From Thermoanaerobaculia bacterium (GTDB lineage Bacteria; Acidobacteriota; Thermoanaerobaculia; Multivoradales; UBA5704), in assembly GCA_035544895.1 (NCBI GenBank), contig DASZZM010000009.1:3797-67796 (forward strand): DNA of 64,000 nt, given 5' to 3'. A model generated the notes under the pieces. The model had not been told where the DNA came from and ran no database searches. It was given only the letters and a program-made list of their open reading frames with translations. Shown one piece after another: positions 1-13,346 of this stretch (its first letter is position 1; each line of letters starts with the position of its first letter). The translations under genes and the position numbers were made by a program.

Positions 1-525
1 AGTCTCCGGCGGCTGGCCCTCTGCCGGGGATTGCGCTGCCGGCTCGTCTTGGCCGTCTTCCTTGGCTTCCAGCCCCGGCAGATCGAAGAGGGACTCGTCC
101 TCCGGCGGCGGCTCGGGAAGGGGTTTGCCATGGCGGGCGCGGCGCTCGAGGGCGCGGTCGAGCGCTTCGTCGACCATGCGGTCGAGCTCTTCCTGGGAGG
201 GGTCGGGCTCGTCGTGTGGAAGGAGCTCTTCGCCGCGGTAGCCGAGGCGGCGGAACGCCGCGACCAGCTCGGCGCGGGAGCTCTCCCCGCGGGCCGGCCG
301 GGTGGCGGCGGCGAAGAACTCCCCCTCGGACAGGCCGATGACGCGCAGCACCGCCAGGATGTGCCGCACCTTGAGATCCACCCTGCCGCCGAGGATGCGC
401 TGGAGGCCCTTTTCTCCGATGCCGAGCCTGCGCTCGACTTCGGCCACGGTGAAGCCCGCGGCCCGGATCGCCTGTCGCAGCAGCTTGGCGTAGCGAGCGA
501 CGTGCTGCTCTACGTTCTCGTCCAT
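1..525 (-). CDS. XRE-family helix-turn-helix transcriptional regulator, partial (C-terminus runs off the window edge)
   Basis: Reverse-complement translation from an ATG at 525-523 reads MDENVEQHVARYAKLLRQAIRAAGFTVAEVERRLGIGEKGLQRILGGRVDLKVRHILAVLRVIGLSEGEFF..., a classic XRE HTH motif. An in-frame stop lies immediately upstream of the ATG. It is absent from the ORF track because there is no stop inside the window. The opposing plus-strand ORF 31-645 is low-complexity. Confidence 0.55.
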   Translation of the reverse strand, partial: MDENVEQHVARYAKLLRQAIRAAGFTVAEVERRLGIGEKGLQRILGGRVDLKVRHILAVLRVIGLSEGEFFAAATRPARGESSRAELVAAFRRLGYRGEELLPHDEPDPSQEELDRMVDEALDRALERRARHGKPLPEPPPEDESLFDLPGLEAKEDGQDEPAAQSPAEGQPPET

Positions 526-656
526 AGCTCAACAGTGTACCAGATTCTGACCCACAGCCGGTCTTTTTGCGTCCCCCTTACCCCCAGCCCGTTGGTGTCG
601 TTGGTGCGCGAGAGGGAGGAGGCGTGCTTTCATCGTGTGTCGTAGCGGGGGCGCTG

Positions 657-732
657 GTGGGCCGCGCGCCAGCACTTGGACTACGCCAAAGGATGCTGGC
701 GCGCGGCCCACCAGCGCCCCCGGGAGCACCGT
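657..732. repeat. 28-bp perfect inverted repeat (gggggcgctggtgggccgcgcgccagca / tgctggcgcgcggcccaccagcgccccc) separated by a 20-nt loop, in a divergent intergenic region
   Basis: The exact reverse-complement arms are visible in the sequence. The element lies between the minus-strand HTH regulator gene and the plus-strand sugar operon. Confidence 0.8.
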
Positions 733-740
733 GATCGCGC

Positions 741-962
741 ATTCCCAAGACGAAATTGCCGCGAGAGGGTGGGGGCGTCCCCTTCCCCCGGAGGGGAGGT
801 AAGGGAGTCGAGAGGTCGCGGGGGGAGATCCAAAACGAAACTGCCGCGAGAGGGAGGGGGCGTCCCCTTCCCCCCCGGAGGGGAGGGAAGGGGATCGAGG
901 GGTTGCGGGGGGAGATCCGATCGACGCTTTGAGTAGTCCACCACCGCCACTTCGCAGTGCCG
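741..962. repeat. Two tandem copies (about 90 bp unit) of a structured G-rich intergenic repeat: [77 protein letters not shown]
   Basis: Unit 1 spans about 741-831. Unit 2 spans about 832-962 and carries an extended tail (gctttgagtagtccaccaccgccacttcgcagtgcc). A third copy lies at about 4178-4305. Each unit contains nested GGGG/CCCC hairpin-forming segments and G-tracts. Confidence 0.7.
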
Positions 963-1116
963 TCTCATCCCGAGGCTACCCACCATCTGTGCAAATCGGA
1001 CCTGAGAACTTTTTTTTGGATTATCATTGGGGCTCTGCTCGCTCGCGCGCCGCGCCGGGCGCCTGGCGTCGTCCATCCAGGCGACGCCTGGCGTGCCTCC
1101 GGCCGGCAGAAGACGC

Positions 1117-2196
1117 ATGAAGCCACCCAGCCACCCATCCCGCAGCAAGATCCTGTTCATCTGCGGGTCGCTCAACCAGACCACGCAGATGCACCAGATC
1201 GCGCGGGAGCTGCCCGAGCACGACCACTTCTATACTCCCTACTACGGGCACGGCACGATCGAAGCGCTGCGCCGCGCCCGCATGCTCGAGTTCACCGTCC
1301 TCGGCTACAAGCTGCGCCAGCGTTGCCTCGACTACCTCGCCCGCCACCGGCTGCCGCTCGACGTGCACGGCAGGGCGCGCGCCTACGACCTCGTGCTCAC
1401 CTGCTCCGACCTCATCGTGCCGCGCAACATCCGCCGCCACCGCGTGGTGCTGGTGCAGGAGGGCATCCTCGACCCCGCGGGACTGGCCTTTCGCCTCTGC
1501 CACGGGCTGCCGTTTCTGCCCCTCTGGCTCGCGGGAACCGCCACCACCGGCCTGTCCCACCGTTACGAGCGCTTCTGCGTGGCCAGCCATGGCTACCGCG
1601 ACCTCTTCGTGGCCAACGGCGTCCGCCCCGAGCGGATCGCGGTGACCGGCATCCCCAACTTCGACGACTGCCGGCGCTACGAGCGCAACGACTTCCCGCA
1701 TCGCCACTTCGTGCTGGTGTGCTCCTCCGACGCGCGCGAGACCTTCAAGCGCGACGACCGGCGCGCCTTCCTCGAGCGCTGCCTGGCGATCACGGGTAGC
1801 CGGCAGCTCATCTGGAAGCTCCATCCCAACGAGAACGTCGCCCGGGCGACCCGCGAGATCCAGGAGCTGGCGCCCGGCGCGCTGGTCTACGCCAGCGGCT
1901 GCGCCGAGGAGATGATCGCCAACTGCGACGTTCTCATCACCCAGTACTCCTCGACCGCTTTCGTCGGCGTGGCGCTGGGCAAAGAGGTGCACTCCTACTT
2001 CGGAGCCGTGGAGCTGCGCCGCCTGCTGCCGCTGCAAAACCGCGCCGCGGCGCGCAACATCGCCGCCGTCTGCCGCGAGCTGCTCAGCGGCAAGCAGACG
2101 CCGGGCGCGAAGCTCCTCTGGCTGGGCGGCCGGCGCGCTGCCCGCGCCGCACGGCCTTCCCGCGTCGCCGCCCTGCTGCGTTCGAGGGTGCGTTGA
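1117..2196 (+). CDS. GT-B-fold glycosyltransferase-like protein, possibly a SpsG/PseG-like UDP-sugar hydrolase/transferase
   Basis: ATG at 1117 (MKPPSHPSRSKILFICGSLNQ...), in frame inside the longer ORF 1027-2196. It is the first gene of a co-directional cluster with SpsF-like and NeuB-like genes, matching the SpsE/F/G arrangement. Its stop overlaps the next gene's start (TTGA). The family assignment rests only on weak pattern recognition. Confidence 0.5.
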   Translation: MKPPSHPSRSKILFICGSLNQTTQMHQIARELPEHDHFYTPYYGHGTIEALRRARMLEFTVLGYKLRQRCLDYLARHRLPLDVHGRARAYDLVLTCSDLIVPRNIRRHRVVLVQEGILDPAGLAFRLCHGLPFLPLWLAGTATTGLSHRYERFCVASHGYRDLFVANGVRPERIAVTGIPNFDDCRRYERNDFPHRHFVLVCSSDARETFKRDDRRAFLERCLAITGSRQLIWKLHPNENVARATREIQELAPGALVYASGCAEEMIANCDVLITQYSSTAFVGVALGKEVHSYFGAVELRRLLPLQNRAAARNIAAVCRELLSGKQTPGAKLLWLGGRRAARAARPSRVAALLRSRVR

Positions 2197-3049
2197 GGAT
2201 CCTGGTCGTCGTCCAGGCGCGGATGGGATCGACCCGGCTGCCCGGCAAGATCCTCCTGCCGCTCGCCGGGGCGCCGATGCTGAGCCGGCAGATTGAGCGC
2301 ATGCGCGCCGCCGCGACGCCGTTCGAGCTGGTGGTGGCGACGACCCACGATCCTGCCGACGACGCGGTCCACGACCTGTGCCGCCGGCTCGGCGTGCGAT
2401 CGACCAGCGGCCACCCCACCGACCTCCTCGACCGCCACTACCAGGCGGCGCGGCAGGCCGGGGCCGAGGTGGTGGTCAAGATCCCCTCCGACTGTCCGCT
2501 GATCGACCCTGACGCGATCGATCGCGTGCTCGGTTACTACCTGCGCCAGGCCGGAAGCTACGACTTCGTGAGCAACCTGCACCCGGCGAGCTGGCCCGAC
2601 GGCAACGACGTCGAGGTCCTGCCGTTCGCCATCCTGGAGACCGCCTGGAAGGAGGCCGCCCGGCCGCTCGAGCGCGAGCACACCACCCCGTTCGTCTGGG
2701 ACCAGCCGGAGCGCTTCCGTGCCGGCAACGTCCTCTGGGAGACCGGCGAGGACTTCTCGATGAGCCACCGCTTCACCGTCGACTATCCTGAAGACCATGC
2801 CTTCGCGGCGGCGGTCTTCGACGCCTTGTGGACGCCCGCCCGCCCGGTCTTTCCCCTGGCCGAGATCCTCGCGCTGCTCGACGCCCGGCCCGAAATCCTG
2901 GCCGTAAACCAGCGCTACGCCGGAGTCAACTGGTACCGCCACCACCTGGGAGAGCTCGCCACCGTCGCTCCCTCCCAGACCCGCTCGCCCGCGCCGGCGG
3001 CGGCGGGCCAGGGAAGCCCGCGCGATCGCCGAGAGGCGGAGGCGGGCCG

Positions 3050-3053
<4 letters not shown>
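2193..3053 (+). CDS. Acylneuraminate/sugar cytidylyltransferase family protein (SpsF/NeuA/PseF-like)
   Basis: N-terminus MRILVVVQARMGSTRLPGKILLPLAGAPML is the hallmark of this family. It has a TTG start overlapping the upstream stop, and its own stop overlaps the next GTG (GTGA). Confidence 0.75.
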
Positions 3054-4135
<1,082 letters not shown>

Positions 4136-4177
4136 GTGAGGTAGTGGATAAGACGAAACTGCGTGCGCCTAGGCCGA

Positions 4178-4305
4178 ATGTGCGCGCGTCAGGGGAGGGG
4201 GCGTCCCCTTCCCCCCCGGAGGGGTGGGAAGGGGATCGAGGGGTTGCGGGGGGAGATCCAATAGATGCTTTGAGTAGTTCACGACCGCCGCATCGCAGCG
4301 CCGAG
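4178..4305. repeat. Third copy of the G-rich structured intergenic repeat (full-length form with the gctttgagtagt...tcgcag tail)
   Basis: Near-identical over about 110 nt to copy 2 at 852-962. It lies between the transketolase N and C subunit genes. Confidence 0.7.
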
Positions 4306-4328
4306 AATCGGCATGGCCGGTGGCAACC

Positions 4329-5282
<954 letters not shown>

Positions 5283-5323
5283 GGCTCTTGCCGAGCCAGA
5301 TCAATCAATCGAGGTTCATCGCG

Positions 5324-6670
<1,347 letters not shown>

Positions 6671-6747
6671 CGAGGGGAGCCCGGTTGGCGTTCGAGCCGC
6701 ACCCGCCCGCAATGCCGCCAACACCGCGCGAGGAGAGCCCGCGCGGG

Positions 6748-7566
6748 ATGCGGGCCGATTTCTCGCTGGCTGACCGCGCCGCGGTGGTGACCGGGGCGGT
6801 CGGGCTGCTCGGCCGCCGCCATTGCCACGCGCTGGCCGCCGCCGGCGCCAACGTGGCGGTCGTCGATCTGGCGGCCACGGCGTGCGACGAGCTGGCGGCC
6901 GAGCTGCGCGAGGCGCACGGCCGCGACGCCTTCGGCTGCGCGGCCGACATCACCCGGCCCGCGGCGGTCGAGGCCTTGCGCGGCGCGGTGCTGGCGCGCT
7001 GGGGCCGCCTCGACGTCCTGGTCAACAACGCCGCGGTCAACGAGAAGGTGGAGAGCCCGCTCGCCGCCGGCGAGGTGCTGCGTTTCGAGAACTTCCCGCT
7101 CGAGCTGTGGGAAGAGTCGTTCCGGGTCAACGTCACCGGCACCTTCCTGTGCTGCCAGCGGCTGGGCGGCGAGATGGCGCGGCGGCGGGCCGGCAGCATC
7201 ATCAACATCGCTTCCACCTACGCCATGGTCGCGCCCGATCAGTCGCTCTACCGCCAGGCCGACGGCAGCCAGACCTTCTTCAAGTCGGCGGCCTACCCGA
7301 GCACCAAGGGGGCCATCCTCGCTCTGACCCGCTTTCTCGGCGCCTACTGGGGCCGCAGCGGCGTGCGCGTCAACGCGCTGTCGCCGGGGGGCGTCGAAAA
7401 TGGCCAGGACGCGGCCTTCGTGGCCCGCTATGCCGAGCGCACGCCGCTCGGGCGCATGGCCGAGCCAACGGACTACGCCGGCGCGCTGGTCTTCCTGGCG
7501 AGCGACGCCTCGAGCTATATGACCGGCGCCAACCTGGTCGTCGACGGCGGATGGACCGCATGGTGA
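6748..7566 (+). CDS. Short-chain dehydrogenase/reductase (SDR) family oxidoreductase
   Basis: Rossmann motif VVTGAVGLLG, the SDR motif NNAA, and catalytic YPSTK (YxxxK). AGGAGAG RBS 10 nt upstream of ATG 6748. Confidence 0.8.
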   Translation: MRADFSLADRAAVVTGAVGLLGRRHCHALAAAGANVAVVDLAATACDELAAELREAHGRDAFGCAADITRPAAVEALRGAVLARWGRLDVLVNNAAVNEKVESPLAAGEVLRFENFPLELWEESFRVNVTGTFLCCQRLGGEMARRRAGSIINIASTYAMVAPDQSLYRQADGSQTFFKSAAYPSTKGAILALTRFLGAYWGRSGVRVNALSPGGVENGQDAAFVARYAERTPLGRMAEPTDYAGALVFLASDASSYMTGANLVVDGGWTAW

Positions 7567-7576
7567 GCCGGCTCAA

Positions 7577-8278
7577 ATGCCGCCGCGGGACGATCGGGAG
7601 CGCCTGCCCGGGCCGCCGAGGAGAGAAGGCCGCGTGGTGAGCGCCGAGCTGGCCCGCCAGCGGGGATCCGCCGGGCCCGCGCCGGCGCTTCCGGATGCCG
7701 CCGAGCTCGCCGCCCGCGCCCGCCGTCTGGGCCTGGTGCTCACCGACAGCGACGGCGTCCTGACCGACGGCGGCGTGTACTACTCGGAGAGCGGCGAAGC
7801 GCTGCGCCGCTTCTCGGTGCGCGACGGTATGGGGATCGAGCGCCTGCGCGCGAGCGGCATCGCCACCGCCATCATCACGCGCGAGCAGTCGCAGCACGTC
7901 GCCCGGCGGGCCGAGAAGCTGCGCCTGCCCTACGTCTTCCTCGGCGTCCACGACAAGGCGGCCTACCTCCCGGCGGTGCTCCACGCCACCGGCCTGCCGC
8001 TCGAGTCGCTGGCCTTCATCGGCGACGACGTCAACGACCTCGGCCTGCTCGCCGCCATCGGCGAGCGCGGCCTGACCGCGGCGCCCGCCGACGCCATGCC
8101 GGAGGTCGCCGCCGCGTGCCACTACCGGTGCGCGGCACGCGGCGGCTTCGGCGCCTTCCGCGACTTTGCCGAGTGGATCCTGGAGTTGCGCCGCACCGCG
8201 CCGCCGGCCGGCGCGGCGTCCGGGCTCACGCCACCGAGCCCGGCGGCCGACCAGCCCGACCAGAAGGAGGAGCTATGA
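7577..8278 (+). CDS. KdsC-family HAD phosphatase (3-deoxy-ulosonate-phosphate / NulO-9-phosphate phosphatase-like)
   Basis: LVLTDSDGVLTDGGVYY ... FIGDDVNDLGLL are KdsC-family HAD motifs. GTG 7634 (preceded by GAGGAGAGAAGG) is an alternative start. The stop overlaps the next ATG (ATGA). Confidence 0.75.
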   Translation: MPPRDDRERLPGPPRREGRVVSAELARQRGSAGPAPALPDAAELAARARRLGLVLTDSDGVLTDGGVYYSESGEALRRFSVRDGMGIERLRASGIATAIITREQSQHVARRAEKLRLPYVFLGVHDKAAYLPAVLHATGLPLESLAFIGDDVNDLGLLAAIGERGLTAAPADAMPEVAAACHYRCAARGGFGAFRDFAEWILELRRTAPPAGAASGLTPPSPAADQPDQKEEL

Positions 8279-9177
8279 CGGGACCGAGCGTGCAGATCGG
8301 AGATCGCCGGGTCGGAGCGGGAGAGCCGGTCTACGTCATCGCCGAAATCGGCATCAACCACAACGGCTCTCTCGAGCTGGCCAAGAAGCTCATCGACGGC
8401 GCCTACCTCGCCGGCGCCGATGCGGTCAAGTTCCAGAAGCGGAGCCCGGAGCGCTGCGTGCCCAAGGAGCAGTGGCAGCTCGAGCGCGACACGCCCTGGG
8501 GGCGCATGAGCTACATCGACTACCGCCGGCGCATGGAGTTCGGCGAGGCGGAGTTCGCGGCCATCGACCGGCACTGCAGCGAGCGCGGCATCCGCTGGTT
8601 CGCTTCTTGCTGGGACGAGGAGTCGGTGGAGTTCGTCGAGCGTTTCGCGCCCCCCTGTCACAAGATCGCCTCGGCGTGCTTGACCGACGAGGGCCTGCTG
8701 CGCACAATGAGGGCGACTGGCCGTCCCCTGATCCTGTCGACCGGCATGTCGACCGGCGAGGAGATCGAGGAGGCCGTGGCGGTGCTGGGCCGCGACCAGC
8801 TGTTGCTGGCGCATTCGACGTCGACCTATCCCTGCCCGCCGAGCGACCTGAACCTGCGCATGGTCGAGACCTTGATCCGCATGTTCCCGGAGTGCCCGGT
8901 CGGCTACTCGGGCCACGAGACCGGCCTGGCGCCGACCTGGGCGGCGGTGGCGCTGGGCGCCACGTTCGTCGAGCGCCACATCACGCTGGACCGCGCGCTG
9001 TGGGGGAGCGACCAGGCGGCCTCGGTCGAAATCGGCGGCTTCATGCGCCTGGTCGGGAACATCCGCGACATCGAGAAGGCGCTCGGCGACGGGGTCAAGC
9101 GGGTCTATCCCGGCGAGCAGTCGCAGATCGAGAAGCTGCGCCGGGTCAAGGGGCGCGGGAGGGTGACGGCATCATGA
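8275..9177 (+). CDS. NeuB-family nonulosonic/ulosonic acid synthase (sialic-acid-synthase-like, SpsE-like)
   Basis: MTGPSVQIGDRRVGAGEPVYVIAEIGINHNGSLELAKKLIDGAYLAGADAVKFQKR is the NeuB/PseI/LegI N-terminal TIM-barrel signature. GAAGGAGG RBS. ATGA overlaps at both ends. Confidence 0.8.
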   Translation: MTGPSVQIGDRRVGAGEPVYVIAEIGINHNGSLELAKKLIDGAYLAGADAVKFQKRSPERCVPKEQWQLERDTPWGRMSYIDYRRRMEFGEAEFAAIDRHCSERGIRWFASCWDEESVEFVERFAPPCHKIASACLTDEGLLRTMRATGRPLILSTGMSTGEEIEEAVAVLGRDQLLLAHSTSTYPCPPSDLNLRMVETLIRMFPECPVGYSGHETGLAPTWAAVALGATFVERHITLDRALWGSDQAASVEIGGFMRLVGNIRDIEKALGDGVKRVYPGEQSQIEKLRRVKGRGRVTAS

Positions 9178-9989
9178 ACTGGTTGATCGTCTCGCCGGTG
9201 GTGATCGTGGCCGCGGGGATCACGCTGGTCCTGCTCGAGCGGCGCTTTCCGTACGACCGCGGGCAGCGTTTCTTGCGCGAGGGGTTCTTCACCGACCTGG
9301 TGTTCTACACGATCATCCAGAACTACGTGCTGGCGGTGGTGATCTCGGCGGTGATCCTCCGCATCGACGCCGGCACCGGGATGTCGCGGCTGCACCTGGT
9401 GTCGGGCTGGCCGATCGCGGTGCAGGTGATCTTCTTCGTGGTGACGCACGACCTTTATATCTACTGGTTCCACCGCTGGCAGCACAACAATACATTCTTG
9501 TGGCGGCTGCACGAGGCGCATCACTCGACCAAGCAGGTGGACTGGCTGGCCGGAGCGCGCTCGCACTGTTTCGAGATCCTGATCAATCAGACGGTCGAGT
9601 TCGCGCCGATGGTCTTCCTCGGCGCTCCGGCCGAGGTGCCGCTGATCAAGGGGATGGTCAGCGCGGTCTGGGGCATGTATATCCACTCGAACATCGACGT
9701 GCACACCGGCCGCCTGCAATGGGTGATCAACGGCCCCGAGGCCCACCGCTGGCACCACGCCACGGACCTCGAGCCGCCCGGGATGAATTTCAGCACCAAG
9801 ATCGCGCTCTGGGACTTCCTGTTCGGGACGGCGTACCTGCCGCGCGACGAGAGGAAGCCCACGCGCTACGGCCTGACGTACGTGGAGTTCCCGAGGGGAT
9901 ATCTGCGGCAGAACTTGTTCGCGTTCCGCCCCTTGAAGCCGGATATTCCGCCGCCGGTCGAGGATGGCGGGGGGGCGGCGGCGGGGTAG
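9174..9989 (+). CDS. Fatty-acid hydroxylase / sterol-desaturase superfamily integral membrane protein
   Basis: Histidine boxes HDLYIYWFHRWQH, HEAHH and HRWHH together with hydrophobic transmembrane segments. It is the last gene of the coupled operon. Confidence 0.75.
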   Translation: MNWLIVSPVVIVAAGITLVLLERRFPYDRGQRFLREGFFTDLVFYTIIQNYVLAVVISAVILRIDAGTGMSRLHLVSGWPIAVQVIFFVVTHDLYIYWFHRWQHNNTFLWRLHEAHHSTKQVDWLAGARSHCFEILINQTVEFAPMVFLGAPAEVPLIKGMVSAVWGMYIHSNIDVHTGRLQWVINGPEAHRWHHATDLEPPGMNFSTKIALWDFLFGTAYLPRDERKPTRYGLTYVEFPRGYLRQNLFAFRPLKPDIPPPVEDGGGAAAG

Positions 9990-10016
9990 GGGAGGAGGGC
10001 GGAGAAGGACAAGTCA

Positions 10017-11686
10017 TGCGCCAGCGGATTCTGCCGGTGCTGCAAGCTGCGGTGCTTGCCGTGGTTCTGGCCCCACCGCAGCCTGTCGCCTGCGCGGCAT
10101 CGCTCCCGCACACCGTGGCGTTTCCGCCGCGCCTTCTCCAACGCGACGCGCGGCCACAGCAGGTCGTCGCCGGGGTGGCGCCGGCCGCGGCCTCGCCGCC
10201 CAGGTTCGTCGTGACCAATGTCGAAGTTGGCCGACTGCCCATCGCTGCCGTGATCTCGCCGGACGAGCGCTGGGCCTACGTGCTCAGCGCGGCATCCGGC
10301 GAGATCGACGTGCTCGACCTGACGACCTCTACGCTGGCCCATCGCGTGCGGCTGCCCTACTTCATGGACGCCATCGGCATCTCGCCGTCTGGCGACGAGC
10401 TCTACGTCGCGGCTGCCGCGCCGCCCTTGACGGGTTACCCGACCGACGGCTCGTGCCCGTTTGTCACGCTCGCACCCACCTCGAGCGCCGTGCTGTTCAT
10501 CGACACCGCCTCGCTGACGATCACCAATCGCGTCTCGGCGCCCACCCTGATCATCGACCTGGTGCTCAGCCCCGATGGCAACACGCTGGTGGCGAGCACC
10601 GCGTCGGGCCTCGTCTTGATCGACCTGCGGACCCGCACCTCCACCGAGATTGCCACCGTCGGCAGGAGCGATCAGGAGGCGGCAGTCTTCGCGGCGAACG
10701 CCACCAAGGTCTTTGCCGTCCACAGCACCGACACGCTCACCATCTTCGACCTGGCGGGCCGCTCCGCCAGCAACGCCGTGACACCGCCTGGCTATATCTA
10801 CTTCGGCAACAACGTCAGCGCCACTCCCGGCGGCGACAGGGTCTTCGTCGACGCCTGCAATCCGAACTGCGACATGGCGGTGCTCGACGCCGCCAGCGGG
10901 GCCGTGGTCAAGGTAGTGCCCAACACCAGTCAAGGTTCGGGACTGTTGGTGACGCGCGACGGACGGCGTGCCTTCCTTCCCGATGGCGCCACGCTTCTCG
11001 ACTTGAGCACTCTGGAAGTCGTGGCAAACGGGGTGCTCCCCGGGTTTGGCGGGGTGGCGGGAGCGCTGTCGCCTGACGAATCCGTGCTCTTTGTCCGTCC
11101 CAGCGGCGGCCTCGACTTCAGCCTCGTCCTCTACGGCGGTCCGGTGAGCTACGACCTGGCCGCGATCGATACGGCGTCGCTGCAGACCTTGACCTACACG
11201 GTTCTCGACCAGCGCCAGGTGCGCTGCAGCTGGGCGTCGCCGCTCAGAATGTCGCGGAGCGGCCAGGTTCTGGTGGCTCCCAACCCAACCTTGAACACGG
11301 TCAGCCTGATCAGGGTCCAGAACGCGTCGCCCCCGGTGTGCGTGCCGGGCACCTTCAGCCTATGCTTGGGCGGTGGGCGCTTCGAGGTCACCGCCAGGTA
11401 CCTGACCGGGGCTGGGGAGTCGGGCGCGGCCCACGCGGCGCCGCTTACCTCGGACACCGGCGCTTTCTGGTTCTTCTCCGCCGCGAACTTGGAGGTGGTG
11501 GTGAAGGTCCTGAATGGATGCGCTGTGAACGGCAGCTACTGGGTCTTCGCCGCCGGCTTGACCGACGTCAACGTGGTGCTCACCGTCACCGACTCCCGGA
11601 CCGGCCTCGCGAAGACCTACATGAACCCGCAAGCCACCGCTTTCCGTCCGATCCAAGATACAGACTCCCTGGCCGTCTGCCCCTGA
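10017..11686 (+). CDS. Secreted beta-propeller repeat protein (YVTN/lactonase-like repeats)
   Basis: Signal peptide MRQRILPVLQAAVLAVVLAPPQPVACAAS. Repeated SPDG.../..D..T..L segments. GGAGGAGGGCGGAGAAGG RBS. The ORF-track start at 9500 is rejected. Confidence 0.65.
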
Positions 11687-11793
11687 CGGCGGTTAGCGGG
11701 CTAGCGTGCGGCGGGAAGGACCTGACTCTACAGCGACCGTCTGCGCAGGCTACGCTATCATGCAAGAACGCGCCCCGTGCGGAGGTCAGGACG

Positions 11794-12510
11794 ATGAGAG
11801 AGTACGAGGAAGAGGGCTGGCATGTGTTCGAGGAGAAGACGACGAAGTCCTTCGCCGTCTTCAAGGTGGACGCGTCACATGGACTCGATCGCCGCCTGTC
11901 CGGTCTCGTCACCCGCTACGAGTGGGAGGGCGCGAGCTGCCACATTCTCGCTCCCGGCTCGGAAGGGTGGTTGACCTTCGAAGGAGGGGTGGTGAAATGC
12001 AAGATACGGGTTGCCTGGTATTTTGCATGGGCCAAGAGCACGATCCTCTCGCAGATCAGGACCACCACGCTCGACGTATGCGGTACCCTGGCTCTCACGG
12101 GGAAGACGGTTTTTATCGTCCATGGCCACAATATCGCCAAGAGGGACGAGCTTCAGGCCCTCCTTGGCGGGCTGGGGCTGCAGACGATCGTGCTCGATGC
12201 GGAGGACAGCATGGGCATGACGATCATCGAGAAGCTGGAGTTTTACGCTCAGACGTGCGCCTTCGCCATCGTGCTGATGACTCCCGATGACCTGGCAGGA
12301 GCCAACGTGCGCGCCCGGCAGAACGTGGTGCTGGAGCTGGGCTGGTTCATGGCCAAGCTGGGTCGCCAGCGTGTGCTGCTCCTTTATACCGGAGACGTCG
12401 AGATTCCTTCGGATATCATGGGGATCGTTTACTTGCACTTCAAGGACAGCATCCGGGAAATCGAGGGTAGGATTCAGCAGCGGCTGCGCGGCTGCGGGAT
12501 GATTGCCTGA
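11794..12510 (+). CDS. TIR-like domain protein (PF10137/COG4271-type predicted nucleotide-binding TIR-like domain) with an uncharacterised approximately 100-aa N-terminal domain
   Basis: C-terminal half TVFIVHGHNIAKRDELQALLGGLGLQTIVLDAEDSMGMTIIEKLEFYAQTCAFAIVLMTPDD...RARQNVVLELGWFMAKLGRQRVLLLYTGDVEIPSDIMGIVYL matches the PF10137 pattern (rArQNVifElGyFlGkLGr.rV ... PSD..G). GGAGG RBS. The local GC content is visibly lower than the flanks. Confidence 0.7.
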   Translation: MREYEEEGWHVFEEKTTKSFAVFKVDASHGLDRRLSGLVTRYEWEGASCHILAPGSEGWLTFEGGVVKCKIRVAWYFAWAKSTILSQIRTTTLDVCGTLALTGKTVFIVHGHNIAKRDELQALLGGLGLQTIVLDAEDSMGMTIIEKLEFYAQTCAFAIVLMTPDDLAGANVRARQNVVLELGWFMAKLGRQRVLLLYTGDVEIPSDIMGIVYLHFKDSIREIEGRIQQRLRGCGMIA

Positions 12511-12613
12511 TCCTTCCTGCCGCCATTCGCGCCCTTTTCTAGCGGAATGGGTTCACGACTCTCGTCGATCTCTGCCGCTGAAGGTCGAGCGGCGTGGCCC
12601 TGCCACCCTAGGC

Positions 12614-13035
12614 TCAGGGCGCGAGGATGGTGCAATCGAGGGAAGGTATGCGCCCGAAGTCGCCGTCGAAAGTCAGAAGGTGTCCGCCGCAATCGAGGGC
12701 GGTTGCGGCTATCCAGATGTCATTGATCGGGATTGGCGTACCGGCTCGGCGCAGGTCGGCGAAGAGCCGGCCGTAGCGGCGGGCTACCGCGGGTGTCACC
12801 GGCAGGATCGAGACGAAGCTCTCCGCGAGGAACTCGCCGAGGACCGAGCGGTTTTCCCTTTCGCGCCGCCCCAGGCTGAAGGCAGCCTCCAACTCACCCA
12901 AGACAATGGTCGGGAGATAGATGATCTCGCAAGCGGCGATGATCTCGAGGACGCGCTCGTCTCCGGCCCTGAAACGAGAGTAGGCGGATGTATCGAGGAC
13001 CAGTCGACCGACGCCTTCAGCGCCAGAGAGGATCA
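12614..13035 (-). CDS. vapC: PIN-domain toxin (VapC family)
   Basis: MILSGAEGVGRLVLDTSAYSRF...IVLGELE...DIWIAATAL carries the PIN acidic residues. Its start overlaps the end of the upstream antitoxin gene. Confidence 0.75.
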
Positions 13036-13259
13036 TCGGTTGACCGTTGGGCCGCCAGCGCCTGGTTGAACTCCGCGAGGTCGTCCGGGTTCCAGGTCGC
13101 GTAGCGACCCAGCGTGCGCCGTCTCTCGTCCATCCCGACCGCGGCCGCGAGGATTTCGAGCACCGTCGCATTGACGCTCTGGCCCTTCGCCCGGCTGACG
13201 CTTTCCAGCCTGCGCCCGACCTCCTCCGAGACTCCGCGAATCGTCAGTTGCTTGCCCAT
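13017..13259 (-). CDS. vapB: VapB-type antitoxin
   Basis: MGKQLTIRGVSEEVGRRLESVSRAKGQSVNATVLEILAAA... is a small DNA-binding antitoxin overlapping the vapC start by about 19 nt. Confidence 0.6.
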   Translation of the reverse strand: MGKQLTIRGVSEEVGRRLESVSRAKGQSVNATVLEILAAAVGMDERRRTLGRYATWNPDDLAEFNQALAAQRSTDDPLWR

Positions 13260-13346
13260 GACAGCATGATAGCACAAATGTGCAGGCATGCCTCGCTCAG
13301 GGCATCTCATGCGGCCCCCTAGGTCGCCTCGCGCGAAGGATCTTGT

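Noticed and set aside
31-645. Plus-strand 204-aa ORF at the left edge
   Set aside because: Low-complexity Gly/Ala/Glu-rich translation without motifs. The antisense frame encodes a clean XRE HTH protein with a proper start and an in-frame upstream stop.
741-962. CRISPR array interpretation of the tandem G-rich repeats
   Set aside because: There are only two adjacent units with no unique spacers between them. The units are about 90 nt and imperfect. No cas genes are present.
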